From a virus (taxonomy: Duplodnaviria > Heunggongvirae > Uroviricota > Caudoviricetes): a stretch of 24,362 nucleotides of DNA. Positions 1 to 8,213 of the stretch are shown here, piece after piece. A model generated the notes under the pieces. That model was not told the DNA's origin and did not search any database. It worked only from the letters and a program-made list of their open reading frames with translations. The position numbers and the translations under genes were made by a program. The stretch's first letter is position 1; each line of letters opens with the position of its first letter. The stretch lies in the IMG/VR virus record IMGVR_UViG_2595698945_000001; one strand, 5' to 3'.

Positions 1-95
1 AATATATACGGAAGCAGGTTCTGAATACTCCCCAGCCCGGTTTTAAACACCCAGAAAACAAATTGGTTAGGCACAGAATTAAACAAGTTGTTTAG

Positions 96-113
96 GAGCG
101 CAAGGATGCGCTC
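96..113 (+). promoter_or_regulatory. GGA-loop hairpin (candidate CsrA site) in the terS leader
   Basis: GAGCGCA-AGGA-TGCGCTC, a perfect 7-bp stem; CAAGGATG matches CANGGANG. A second GGA lies in the SD (AGGGA, 126-130) 21 nt downstream. Confidence 0.6.
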
Positions 114-133
114 TGAGTGTTTTAGAGGGATCT

Positions 134-775
134 ATGACTGTAGAAAAAGACGAGAGCAAAACTCGCCTGACACCAGCTGAGTGGGCAGAAGCCGAAGCGA
201 AGTGGACTTCCGGCGAATACACACTCTCCAAGCTGGAGGAAGAGTACGGCATTCGTCGTGAAACGCTCTCCAGACATTTCAAAAAGCGTGGATTGGAGAA
301 AGGCGCGGACTCCGTTGGGAAGATGGTGCGCGAGTCGCTCAAATCCGACGCAGAGCTGCGTGCGAAGGCGCGTGCAGAGAAAATCGAAGAGCGCCGGACT
401 CGTTACGACGATTGGGCGTTCGCACTCGGTCGTATGGTGATGCATGAGGTGGCCACAGCCAAGAAGGACGGCAGGCCACTGGCAGCCATCGAAGATGACC
501 TGAAGAGTCTCCAGCGTGCCAGCGGCACACTCGCTAAGTGCTTCGAAATATCGTCGAAAGCGCTCGGTATGGATCGCGTGGAGAACGAGGACGACGAAAT
601 CCCGAACCTGGTATTTGGCGAACTTACGCCTTCCCAGGTGGCGCAGCTGCGTAAGGAAGATGATGAGCCGGATCTGATTGATGACGATCTGCTTGAGTCA
701 CTCGAAGAGGAAGCACTGAGCGAAGCTGAGGGCGATTCTGACGCGTCTGGTGATGAAAGTGATGGGAGCGTTTAA
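134..775 (+). CDS. terS: Terminase small subunit (N-terminal HTH, acidic C-terminal tail)
   Basis: 213 aa directly upstream of TerL (2-nt gap); HTH-like YTLSKLEEEYGIRRETLSRHFKKRG; helical core; SD AGAGGGA. Confidence 0.75.
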   Translation: MTVEKDESKTRLTPAEWAEAEAKWTSGEYTLSKLEEEYGIRRETLSRHFKKRGLEKGADSVGKMVRESLKSDAELRAKARAEKIEERRTRYDDWAFALGRMVMHEVATAKKDGRPLAAIEDDLKSLQRASGTLAKCFEISSKALGMDRVENEDDEIPNLVFGELTPSQVAQLRKEDDEPDLIDDDLLESLEEEALSEAEGDSDASGDESDGSV

Positions 776-777
776 CT

Positions 778-2034
778 ATGGCCATCCCGTCGTCTCTGAG
801 TCTCGTACAGCTGCATTCTGGGCAGATGCAAGTCTTCCAGTCGCCACATCGTTTCAAAGTGGTGTGTGCGGGTCGACGCTGGGGTAAATCCCGGTTGTCG
901 ATCTCCACCATCATCCGCGCGGCAGCCAAAGAGAAGAAGCAACGTGTCTGGTACGTCGCACCGACTTACCAGATGGCTCGCCAGATCTTGTGGGATGACC
1001 TGCAGGAAGTTCTGCCGCGTAAATGGGTTCGTAAGAAAAACGACACCACGATGACCATCGTGTTGAAGAACGGCTCTGAAATCGCGCTGAAAGGTGCGGA
1101 TAAGCCCGATACGCTTCGTGGTGTGGCACTGCACTTTGTGGTGCTCGATGAATTTCAGGATATGAAGCCGGACACCTGGTACAAGGTACTACGTCCGACA
1201 CTGTCCTCTACCCGTGGCGGTGCGCTGATCATCGGTACGCCAAAAGGCTTCTCCGAGTTCCACAAGCTGTGGACTATCGGTCAGAACAAAGATTTGCAAC
1301 GCAAGGGGCAGTGGAAAAGCTGGCAGTTCGTTACGGCTGATTCTCCGTTCGTACCGAGCGCGGAAATCGAAGCAGCGAAGAACGATATGGACCCTAAATC
1401 GTTCGCACAGGAATACCTGGCCAGCTTCGAAAACATGTCCGGACGCGTTTACTACCCGTTCGACCGCAATGTGCATGTGAAGCCACTCCAGTTCAATCCG
1501 AAACTGCCGATCTGGGTTGGTCAGGACTTCAACATCGACCCTATGTCATCGGTCATCCTGCAGCCGCAGCCAAATGGCGAGTTGTGGGCCGTGGACGAGG
1601 TTGTGCTGTTCTCTTCCAACACGGCTGAAGTGTGTGATGAGCTGGAGCGCCGTTTCTGGCGCTGGAAGTCTCAGGTCACTATCTTCCCTGACCCGGCTGG
1701 TGCGTATCGCCAGCACGCACGCGGCGAATCGGACGTCGATATCTTCAAGGAAAAAGGTTTCCTTCGAGTCGATTATCCGAAGAAGCACCCGCCGATCGCA
1801 GACCGTGTGAATGCAGTGAACCGCATGTTGATGAGTGCCTCGGGCGAAACACGGTTGTACATCGATCCGAAGTGCAAACACCTCATCGACTCGCTGGAGA
1901 AGGTGATCTACAAGCCAGGCTCACGCGATATGGATAAGACTGGCGGCATCGAACACAGTGCGGATGCGTTGGGTTATCCGGTTCATCGTAGGTATCCGGT
2001 GAAAAATCGTGTTATTCTTGGTGGATCTAGATAG
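778..2034 (+). CDS. terL: Terminase large subunit (Terminase_6-like ATPase plus RNase H-like nuclease)
   Basis: Walker A AGRRWGKS, Walker B VVLDE, coupling motif IIGTPKG, nuclease acidic residues in GQDFNIDP and EHSADALGY. Confidence 0.95.
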   Translation: MAIPSSLSLVQLHSGQMQVFQSPHRFKVVCAGRRWGKSRLSISTIIRAAAKEKKQRVWYVAPTYQMARQILWDDLQEVLPRKWVRKKNDTTMTIVLKNGSEIALKGADKPDTLRGVALHFVVLDEFQDMKPDTWYKVLRPTLSSTRGGALIIGTPKGFSEFHKLWTIGQNKDLQRKGQWKSWQFVTADSPFVPSAEIEAAKNDMDPKSFAQEYLASFENMSGRVYYPFDRNVHVKPLQFNPKLPIWVGQDFNIDPMSSVILQPQPNGELWAVDEVVLFSSNTAEVCDELERRFWRWKSQVTIFPDPAGAYRQHARGESDVDIFKEKGFLRVDYPKKHPPIADRVNAVNRMLMSASGETRLYIDPKCKHLIDSLEKVIYKPGSRDMDKTGGIEHSADALGYPVHRRYPVKNRVILGGSR

Positions 2035-2049
2035 GTAAGTGCTTACCTA
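2032..2049. promoter_or_regulatory. 18-bp palindromic operator-like site, copy 1 (before portal)
   Basis: TAGGTAAG-TG-CTTACCTA, a perfect 8-2-8 inverted repeat overlapping the terL stop codon. Confidence 0.7.
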
Positions 2050-2066
2050 ACGTAAAGGAAAAGCAA

Positions 2067-3641
2067 ATGGAATTGACTGACAAGCAAATCAAAGACCTTG
2101 TGGCACGACGCCACCCTGAATATGAGAAGAAAAAAGAACATTGGGACTTCCTCGCCAGCACCTACGCTGGCGGGCGTGCCTGGTTCAACGACAATATCTT
2201 CCGTTACTTCAAAGAGGGCGATCAGGAGTTCAAAGAGCGCCTGGAACGCGCTTATCGCTTCAACCATACGCGCGAAGTGGTAAACCTCATCAACAAATAC
2301 CTCTTCAAAGAGGTCATTCACCGCAACACTGATGAAGCACCGGAGCAGATCCGCAATTTCTGGAAGCGAGCCACGCGCCAGAACGCCTCCATCGATGCGT
2401 TTATGGCGGCTATCGATCTGCAATCATCCATTTATGGCCGTATCTGGGTTGTCGTGGATAGCACGATGAACGTCGATGTTGAGTCTGTTGCAGACGAGAA
2501 GAAAAATGATGCGCGTGCCTACGCTTACTGGATTTCGCCGCAGCAGCTGCTTGATGTTGCCTGGGATGAAGACGGCAATATGTTGTGGGCGCTGATTGTT
2601 GAAATCGCGCGCGACGACGAAGATCCGTTCACGTCAACCGGGCAGGAATACCAGCGTTACCGTCTGTGGACGCAAAACGAGTGGTATCTGTTCCGTGAAG
2701 AAGTGAAGAAAGGTTCCGGAAATAGCGGTCGCCGTCAGGCCAAAGTCGTTCTGGAGGATAGCGGCCAGCATAATCTGGGCGTGGTGCCGGTGTTCCCGGT
2801 GGATTGCATTGGTGAAAGCGAGTCTCCGTATTTCAGCCCGTCGTTGATTGACGATATTGCCTATCTTGATCGCGCCGTGGCCAACTACCTGTCGAACCTT
2901 GACGCGATTATTCAGGATCAGACATTCAGCCAGCTGGCGATCCCGGTTCAGTCATTGCTGCCGGGCGATGAAAACCACACCAAAGTGCTTGAAATGGGGA
3001 CAAAGCGCGTCTTCACCTTCGACTCTGAGAGCGGTAATCAGCCATTCTACCTGTCTCCGGACCCGAAACAGGCCCAGATGATTATCACCACGATTAAGAC
3101 GGTGATTAACGAGATCTACCATTCTGTTGGCGTGGCAGGTGAGCGAACCAAGCAGGATAACGCACAGGGCATCGATAACTCTTCGGGCGCAGCGAAGATG
3201 TACGACTTCCAGCGCGTTAACAGTCTGCTGGTGACGAAAGCAGAACGTCTCGAAAGGGCAGAGCGCCAGATGATGCAGCTGGCAGCGAAGTGGATGGGTG
3301 TCGAACTGAATGAAGACCACTCTCTGATCGCGTACCCGGAAAGTTTCGACATTCGCGGTCTGACTGACGAGTTTGCCGTTGCCGAGAAACTGTCGCTGCT
3401 CCAGGCGCCTGATTCTGTTCGTCGTCATCAGATGGAAATGCTCATCGAGAAGGTCTTCCCGAACATTTCCGAGGCGATGCAAAAGGAATTTCAAAAAGAT
3501 CTCTTGAAATTTCCTCCAAAAAATGATCTTAACACCCTTGAAAATAAGTCAGTACTTACTTATGATCGAGATACAGCCCAAGAAAGCGGGCAAGATCAAC
3601 CCCGAGGGAATGGGGACTCATCTACTCAAGAGACCGAGTGA
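2067..3641 (+). CDS. Portal protein
   Basis: 524 aa directly after TerL; largely helical with motifs typical of SPP1/DUF4055-like portals (N-terminal RHPEY, clip-region SGAAKMYDF); SD AAAGGA. Confidence 0.85.
   Translation: MELTDKQIKDLVARRHPEYEKKKEHWDFLASTYAGGRAWFNDNIFRYFKEGDQEFKERLERAYRFNHTREVVNLINKYLFKEVIHRNTDEAPEQIRNFWKRATRQNASIDAFMAAIDLQSSIYGRIWVVVDSTMNVDVESVADEKKNDARAYAYWISPQQLLDVAWDEDGNMLWALIVEIARDDEDPFTSTGQEYQRYRLWTQNEWYLFREEVKKGSGNSGRRQAKVVLEDSGQHNLGVVPVFPVDCIGESESPYFSPSLIDDIAYLDRAVANYLSNLDAIIQDQTFSQLAIPVQSLLPGDENHTKVLEMGTKRVFTFDSESGNQPFYLSPDPKQAQMIITTIKTVINEIYHSVGVAGERTKQDNAQGIDNSSGAAKMYDFQRVNSLLVTKAERLERAERQMMQLAAKWMGVELNEDHSLIAYPESFDIRGLTDEFAVAEKLSLLQAPDSVRRHQMEMLIEKVFPNISEAMQKEFQKDLLKFPPKNDLNTLENKSVLTYDRDTAQESGQDQPRGNGDSSTQETE
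3538..3566 (+). promoter_or_regulatory. Sigma70-like promoter inside the portal 3' end, pointing at scaffold and capsid genes
   Basis: TTGAAA (3538-3543), 17 bp, TATGAT (3561-3566); each hexamer matches consensus at 5 of 6 positions. Confidence 0.7.
3545..3562. promoter_or_regulatory. 18-bp palindromic operator-like site, copy 2 (fills the promoter spacer)
   Basis: TAAGTCAG-TA-CTTACTTA, one mismatch from a perfect palindrome. Confidence 0.7.
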
Positions 3642-3663
3642 TAAGTAACGAAAAGGAATTTCT

Positions 3664-4560
3664 ATGAATCTGTGGCAAATGCTTATGGCCCGTCGTGGCC
3701 TGATGGATGTAGCTGAAGCGCATGAGCGCGGCGGCGCTGGTGGCAGTGCTCCTGCTGGAGACAATGAGCAGAGCAATCAAGACCCAGGCAAACAGGGCGA
3801 GCAAAAAGAGCAACCGAAGGGTGACGACGACGAGTATGCCGGTATGACTCAGGAAGAGTTGCTGGCAGAACTGCGTAAGTCCAAGAAAGCCGGTGCTGAC
3901 CTGCTGAAAGAGAACATGAAGCGCAAGGAGAAAGAGCGCACATTGGCCGATCAGCTGGCTCAGTACGGTGATATTGACCCGGCGCGTGCTCGCCAGCTTC
4001 TCGAAGCTGAACAAGCCGCAGAAACCGCACGTCGGGAGGCGGAGCAGGCTGAACTGGAACGCCGTGGTGAGTTCGATGCTGTGAAAAAGCAGATGATCGA
4101 AGCGCACCAGGCTGAACTGGCACAGCGCGACGAACGCTACTCCGCTCTGGAGAGCGAGAACGCCGCACTGAAGGCTCAACTGGTCGAAATGACGGTTGGC
4201 GCTTCCTTCAGCGGCTCTGCCTTCCTGCGTGACAAAGTTCTGATGACTCCGGCTAAGGCTCGCGTTATCTACGGCTCTCATTTCGAAGTGGGTGAAGACG
4301 GTAGTGTTGTGGGCTTTGATAAGCCAGCCGGTCAGAAAGAACGTGCAGTTCTGGTTGACGGTGAAGGCAAACCGTTACCGTTCGAATCCGCGATTGAGCG
4401 CATTCTGCGTGCAGATCCGGAAGCTGACGCACTGTTGCGCAGCGAAGCCAAGCAGGGTGCTGGTTCCAATAGCAAACCGACCCACAAAGTAAACCAGCCG
4501 AAGAGCAAGTCGACTATGGATAAGTTGACCTCCGGTCTGGGGAAAATCGGACTCAAGTAA
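3664..4560 (+). CDS. Capsid scaffolding protein
   Basis: 298 aa between portal and capsid; low-complexity acidic N-terminal region, long E/K/A/R-rich coiled coil, basic C-terminal tail; no protease motif. Confidence 0.75.
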   Translation: MNLWQMLMARRGLMDVAEAHERGGAGGSAPAGDNEQSNQDPGKQGEQKEQPKGDDDEYAGMTQEELLAELRKSKKAGADLLKENMKRKEKERTLADQLAQYGDIDPARARQLLEAEQAAETARREAEQAELERRGEFDAVKKQMIEAHQAELAQRDERYSALESENAALKAQLVEMTVGASFSGSAFLRDKVLMTPAKARVIYGSHFEVGEDGSVVGFDKPAGQKERAVLVDGEGKPLPFESAIERILRADPEADALLRSEAKQGAGSNSKPTHKVNQPKSKSTMDKLTSGLGKIGLK

Positions 4561-4586
4561 CATCTTAAATCATAGGGAAATGAAAG

Positions 4587-5462
4587 ATGCCATTACTGCG
4601 TGATGAAGCTGAAAAGCTGTCTAACAACGAACTTGAGCAGGGTGTGATCGAGACCATCATCGATCGCGATGACCTGTTCGCTGTTCTGCCTTTCATGAAG
4701 ATTAATTCTAAGGCATACCTCTACAACCGCGAAGCTACCCTGAGCGAAGCAACCTTCATTGATGTGAACGACACCATCACCGAAGGCGCTGCAACCTTCA
4801 CCGAACACGTTGCGAAGCTGCGTATCCTGGCAGGCGACGTAGACGTCGACAAATTCCTGGCGACCACTATGTCCGACACCAACAACCAGCTGGCAATCCA
4901 GGTTCGTCAGAAGGTGAAAGGTCTGGCTCGCGCATTCCGCCGCAACCTGATTCTGGGCGACTCCAGCACCAACACCAAAGCGTTCGACGGCATTCCGAAG
5001 CTGATGCACGACGATCAGAAGATCGACATCGAAGGCGCTTCCATGACCTTCTCCATGTTCGACGAGCTGGTCGACGCGGTGAAAGATCTGGGCGCAGACT
5101 GCATCATGATGCGTTCCGAGCACCTGCGTGCTTATCGCGCTCTGCTGCGTACCGTTAGCCTCGGCCCGTCCGAAATCATGATGGAAAACTTCGGCCGTCC
5201 GATGCTGTGCCACAACGGTGTACCGTTCATCGTGAACGACTTCATCCCGACTGACGCGGGCAAAGCAAGCATCTACTGCCTGCACCTGTCCGAAGAGAAC
5301 GGTGTGACTGGTCTGTATGGCGGTGAAAACGCCGGTATCGTTGTTGAGAACATCGGTACTGTTCAGAACAAAGACGCAACTCGTACCCGCGTTAAGTGGT
5401 ACTGCTCTCTGGCGAACAAGCACGACAAGGCTATCGCCGCGCTGACCAACGTAAAAATTTGA
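4587..5462 (+). CDS. Major capsid protein (HK97 fold, no delta domain)
   Basis: 291 aa after scaffold; strongly biased codon usage; capsid-like motifs (LFAVLPF, LILGDS..NTKAFDGI, P-domain HNGVPFIVNDFIP); followed by a terminator. Confidence 0.85.
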   Translation: MPLLRDEAEKLSNNELEQGVIETIIDRDDLFAVLPFMKINSKAYLYNREATLSEATFIDVNDTITEGAATFTEHVAKLRILAGDVDVDKFLATTMSDTNNQLAIQVRQKVKGLARAFRRNLILGDSSTNTKAFDGIPKLMHDDQKIDIEGASMTFSMFDELVDAVKDLGADCIMMRSEHLRAYRALLRTVSLGPSEIMMENFGRPMLCHNGVPFIVNDFIPTDAGKASIYCLHLSEENGVTGLYGGENAGIVVENIGTVQNKDATRTRVKWYCSLANKHDKAIAALTNVKI

Positions 5463-5471
5463 TCAGTATAG

Positions 5472-5489
5472 TAGGTAAGTAATTATCTA
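5472..5489. promoter_or_regulatory. 18-bp palindromic operator-like site, copy 3 (after capsid gene)
   Basis: TAGGTAAG-TA-ATTATCTA, flanked by a complementary G and C. Confidence 0.6.
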
Positions 5490-5495
5490 CCGTTT

Positions 5496-5524
5496 AAGGG
5501 TGGGCTATACGCCCACCCTTTTTG
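5496..5524 (+). terminator. Rho-independent terminator after the capsid gene
   Basis: AAGGGTGGGC-TATAC-GCCCACCCTT followed by TTTT. Confidence 0.8.
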
Positions 5525-5536
5525 TAGGAGCGAGAA

Positions 5537-6460
5537 ATGCCAGAACAAAAGATGAAGATCACGGAAGAGGCGTTTGCGGATTTCACGGGGCATATGTGCC
5601 GTGCCGGATTCACCAATTCCATCTCCAACGAGCCTCTGAGCGAGCGCCAGCAGAACCATCTTGCGGCTTGCTTCCGGGCAATTCCGTTCACTCAGTCTGT
5701 CACCATTACACCGGCTGCGCCGTCCGTATTGGTGGGTAAAACCGTTCAACTTAGTGCAGGTATCACCATGAGCAAAAGCGCAGATTCATTCACCTGGACG
5801 TCGGCCAATGACCAGGTCGCCACAGTCAGCGGTACGGGTCTGGTTACTGGCGTGACCCCGGGAAAAGTGAAGATCACCGCCACCGATAAGCAGACTCAGC
5901 TTTCTGCGTCAGTCGAAGTGACCGTTAAGCCTGTCAGCGTGGAGTCCGTTACGGTAACGCCAGACTCTACCTCTGTTGAGAAGGGGAAATCGGTCAAGTT
6001 GCGCGTTGATGTACAACCGTCAAACGCAACCAATAAAAGAGTCACCTGGACTTCCAAAAATAGCGACAAAGCGACCGTTGACCAGAACGGTAACGTAGCT
6101 GGCGTAGCCGTTGGTACGGCAACCATTGAAGTGGTTTCGCAGGATGGCAGCCATAAAGCTACTGCTACGGTTGAAGTCACTGAGCCTGTCGTTGCTGTTA
6201 CTGGCGTCTCTGTCGATCCGAGCACCACCAGCGTTGAAGCCAACAAAACGGTACAGCTGACCGCGAACATCGAACCGGCTGGCGCAACCAATAAGCGCGT
6301 AACCTGGGCGTCAAAAAATGCCGAGTTCGCGACGGTTGATAGCGCAACTGGACTTGTGACCGGTGTGGCTGCAGGTACTGCCACTATCGAAGTCACCACG
6401 GAAGACGGTAGCCACAAAGCCACTGCGACCGTTGAAGTGACCGCAGCACCGGCTGCGTAA
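5537..6460 (+). CDS. Ig-like (Big_2) domain virion protein: about 50-aa N-terminal domain plus three Ig repeats
   Basis: Three repeats of the pattern V..V.V.P....V..GKTVQL.A.I.P..ATNKRVTW.S.N...ATVD..G.V.GVA.GTATI.V; repeats 2 and 3 are also similar at DNA level. SD TAGGAG. Confidence 0.85.
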   Translation: MPEQKMKITEEAFADFTGHMCRAGFTNSISNEPLSERQQNHLAACFRAIPFTQSVTITPAAPSVLVGKTVQLSAGITMSKSADSFTWTSANDQVATVSGTGLVTGVTPGKVKITATDKQTQLSASVEVTVKPVSVESVTVTPDSTSVEKGKSVKLRVDVQPSNATNKRVTWTSKNSDKATVDQNGNVAGVAVGTATIEVVSQDGSHKATATVEVTEPVVAVTGVSVDPSTTSVEANKTVQLTANIEPAGATNKRVTWASKNAEFATVDSATGLVTGVAAGTATIEVTTEDGSHKATATVEVTAAPAA

Positions 6461-6467
6461 CCAACAC

Positions 6468-6488
6468 ATGGGCGGCGATGCCGCCCAT
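6468..6488 (+). other. Intergenic hairpin (stability element, pause or weak terminator)
   Basis: ATGGGCGGC-GAT-GCCGCCCAT, a perfect 9-bp stem with no U tract. Confidence 0.5.
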
Positions 6489-6503
6489 TAAGTGAGAAGA
6501 AGA

Positions 6504-6938
6504 ATGAAACCAGCAAAAATTCGTTTATTGGAGCCTCAATTTTTGGGGTACACGGGCATTCTCTGCGGTATCCAGTTTGTCGACGGCATCTCGGTTGCCG
6601 AACTGCCATTCATCGATCAGCAGCGGATTTGTGCCTCCATGCGTGCCACTACCGTTGAAGGCAAAAATGTATCTCCTTCTGCCGCGTACAGCAGCCGCAA
6701 TGATTTAACTGCGGACGACATTGTCGAGACGGCGGCCCCGGATATTGTGCCAATGAAACGTGGTACGGCTGAAGTGGAAGCCAAACCGGTACAGCGCTTT
6801 ACTCGTGAAGAGCTGGAGTCGATTGCGGACTGTGAAGGTATTGCGGGTCTGCGTCAGATCGGCAACCAGATTGGCGTGAAAGCCAAAGGTATCGTTGAAA
6901 TGATCGAAGGCATCCTGAAAGCACAGGGCGGTGAGTAA
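6504..6938 (+). CDS. Uncharacterised 144-aa virion-associated protein; N-terminal domain paralogous to the Ig protein, C-terminal HeH/Rho_N-like helical domain
   Basis: The ATG at 6504 aligns residue-for-residue with the start of the 5537 protein. The C-terminal FTREELESIADCEGIAGLRQIGNQIGVKAKGIVEMIEGILKAQ resembles helix-extended-loop-helix domains (inference). Confidence 0.65.
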   Translation: MKPAKIRLLEPQFLGYTGILCGIQFVDGISVAELPFIDQQRICASMRATTVEGKNVSPSAAYSSRNDLTADDIVETAAPDIVPMKRGTAEVEAKPVQRFTREELESIADCEGIAGLRQIGNQIGVKAKGIVEMIEGILKAQGGE

Positions 6939-7771
6939 TGGCGCAGATCGACACGTACCGTAGCGGGGAAGCAGTTTCCCTGTCGTTTGCATTTAACGTT
7001 CTGGATATTGAGTCGGCCACGTATACCGTCAGAGATGGCGCAGGTGCGATCATCGTCGATAACGAACCTCTCGATATTACTGAGGGGCAGATGTCCATTC
7101 CGGTTGTCGTGTCGGCCGAACACAACCTGCTTTCAGATAAAGAGCGCGATCTGCGACACGTCATTGTCAAAGCGGTGGCATCCGGGCTGACGCATGAAGA
7201 GCGCAAGATGTACGTTCTGCTGAATAGCTTCGAGCTGTCAATTCCAGGCCAGTCATTCGCAACGGTCGCAGACGCCCAGATGCAAGCTATCGATATGCTG
7301 AACGGCGACACCCTGTTAGCTGATGGCGAAGGGCTGATGCGCAAACGTCTCATTGAGGCTACCAGACGCGTCAAAACGCTGCCGTTCTCAATCCGCAAAG
7401 TCCTGCGTATCGACTTCGACCGGTACGATCGCCCGCAAAACATGCTGAACGTCTATGACATTCCGTGGGGCGCTGACGGGGCATATCGTCACGATCTGAT
7501 CGATTGGGAGCAGATGACGCCTGAGAAATTCGACGAGTTCCCGGACTACTTCAAACAGGCATTAATGCTGGCCGTGGTTAATGAAGCCTGCGAAATCGCT
7601 AACGGTAATGACGTAGCGGCAGCCCGCGAGGACGGCATTCTGTCTGAGTCCATTGGTGAAACGACCAATATGTACCGCACCGGCAAAGCGGCAAATGTGC
7701 ATGTGGCTCGCAGTACCTGGCGACTGCTGGTCAGTTACATCAATAACCGCATGATTGTTCGCCGTGCGTAA
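6938..7771 (+). CDS. Head-tail adaptor protein with an extra N-terminal beta domain
   Basis: TAATG coupling to the upstream gene; position in the neck module; C-terminal half has an SFATVADA...ILSESIGETTNMY pattern like phage adaptor (DnaT-like family) proteins. Confidence 0.6.
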   Translation: MAQIDTYRSGEAVSLSFAFNVLDIESATYTVRDGAGAIIVDNEPLDITEGQMSIPVVVSAEHNLLSDKERDLRHVIVKAVASGLTHEERKMYVLLNSFELSIPGQSFATVADAQMQAIDMLNGDTLLADGEGLMRKRLIEATRRVKTLPFSIRKVLRIDFDRYDRPQNMLNVYDIPWGADGAYRHDLIDWEQMTPEKFDEFPDYFKQALMLAVVNEACEIANGNDVAAAREDGILSESIGETTNMYRTGKAANVHVARSTWRLLVSYINNRMIVRRA

Positions 7772-7868
7772 CGCCAGTCGCATTATTTACTTCTGGTCGA
7801 AAGGCTCAAGACGAGCAATCGCGCCTTCGCCTGGTAATGAGTGCGGCTGCCAACCACAGGGAGAGTGC

Positions 7869-8213
7869 ATGAACATTTCATGGCAAGCAGAGATAGCGAT
7901 TTACCGTCTGGGTTCGAAGAACGTCTACGGTGAAGCGCAATTGCAGTTCGTCAGGAAGACGAACGTCGGCGTCGTTAAGTTTGAGCAAAGTAACGAGAAG
8001 TCATCGGTACGTGCGGACAGCTCCGGCAGTCGCGGTAAAGCGAATCTGGAATTGTTCGATGCTGTTCTGGTGATCCCACTTGAGGCCGCAGTGCAGCTTG
8101 ATGACGTTCTCATTCTGGAGGGGCAAAAGCTGAAGGTATCCAGCGTGCATCGTCGCTGGGGACTGCGTGGGCGCCCTGGGCATCTGGAAGTAGGGGCAAA
8201 CATATGGGTCTGA
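7869..8213 (+). CDS. Head closure (stopper) protein
   Basis: 114 aa from the ATG with SD GGGAGAG; beta-rich; ends in the stopper-like VQLDDVLILEGQKLKVSSVHRR...HLEV. The track's TTG start at 7755 lacks an SD. Confidence 0.6.
   Translation: MNISWQAEIAIYRLGSKNVYGEAQLQFVRKTNVGVVKFEQSNEKSSVRADSSGSRGKANLELFDAVLVIPLEAAVQLDDVLILEGQKLKVSSVHRRWGLRGRPGHLEVGANIWV

Noticed and set aside
134-775. P1-like GATC-rich pac site in terS
   Set aside because: Only scattered GATC sites, with no cluster.
4593-5423. 276-aa antisense ORF over the capsid gene (likewise 9083-9943, 3622-4281, 5896-6609, 10942-11748 and other minus-strand ORFs)
   Set aside because: They mirror strongly codon-biased or repetitive + strand genes, lack SDs and show no recognisable motifs.
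5451-5537. T7-style -1 frameshift fusing the capsid to the Ig protein (the Ig gene is in the -1 frame and the capsid ends GTA AAA ATT TGA)
   Set aside because: The -1 frame has TAA at 5480-5482 and a terminator intervenes.
7773-7856. tRNA gene suggested by a stem ending near CCA
   Set aside because: No D-arm, anticodon arm or TTC T-loop consensus.
7755-7868. Adaptor-stopper fusion by +1 frameshift, or a long TTG-initiated stopper
   Set aside because: No slippery sequence or SD at 7755, while a good SD precedes ATG 7869. The open frame is more simply chance; retained only as the refuting alternative for the RNA structure.
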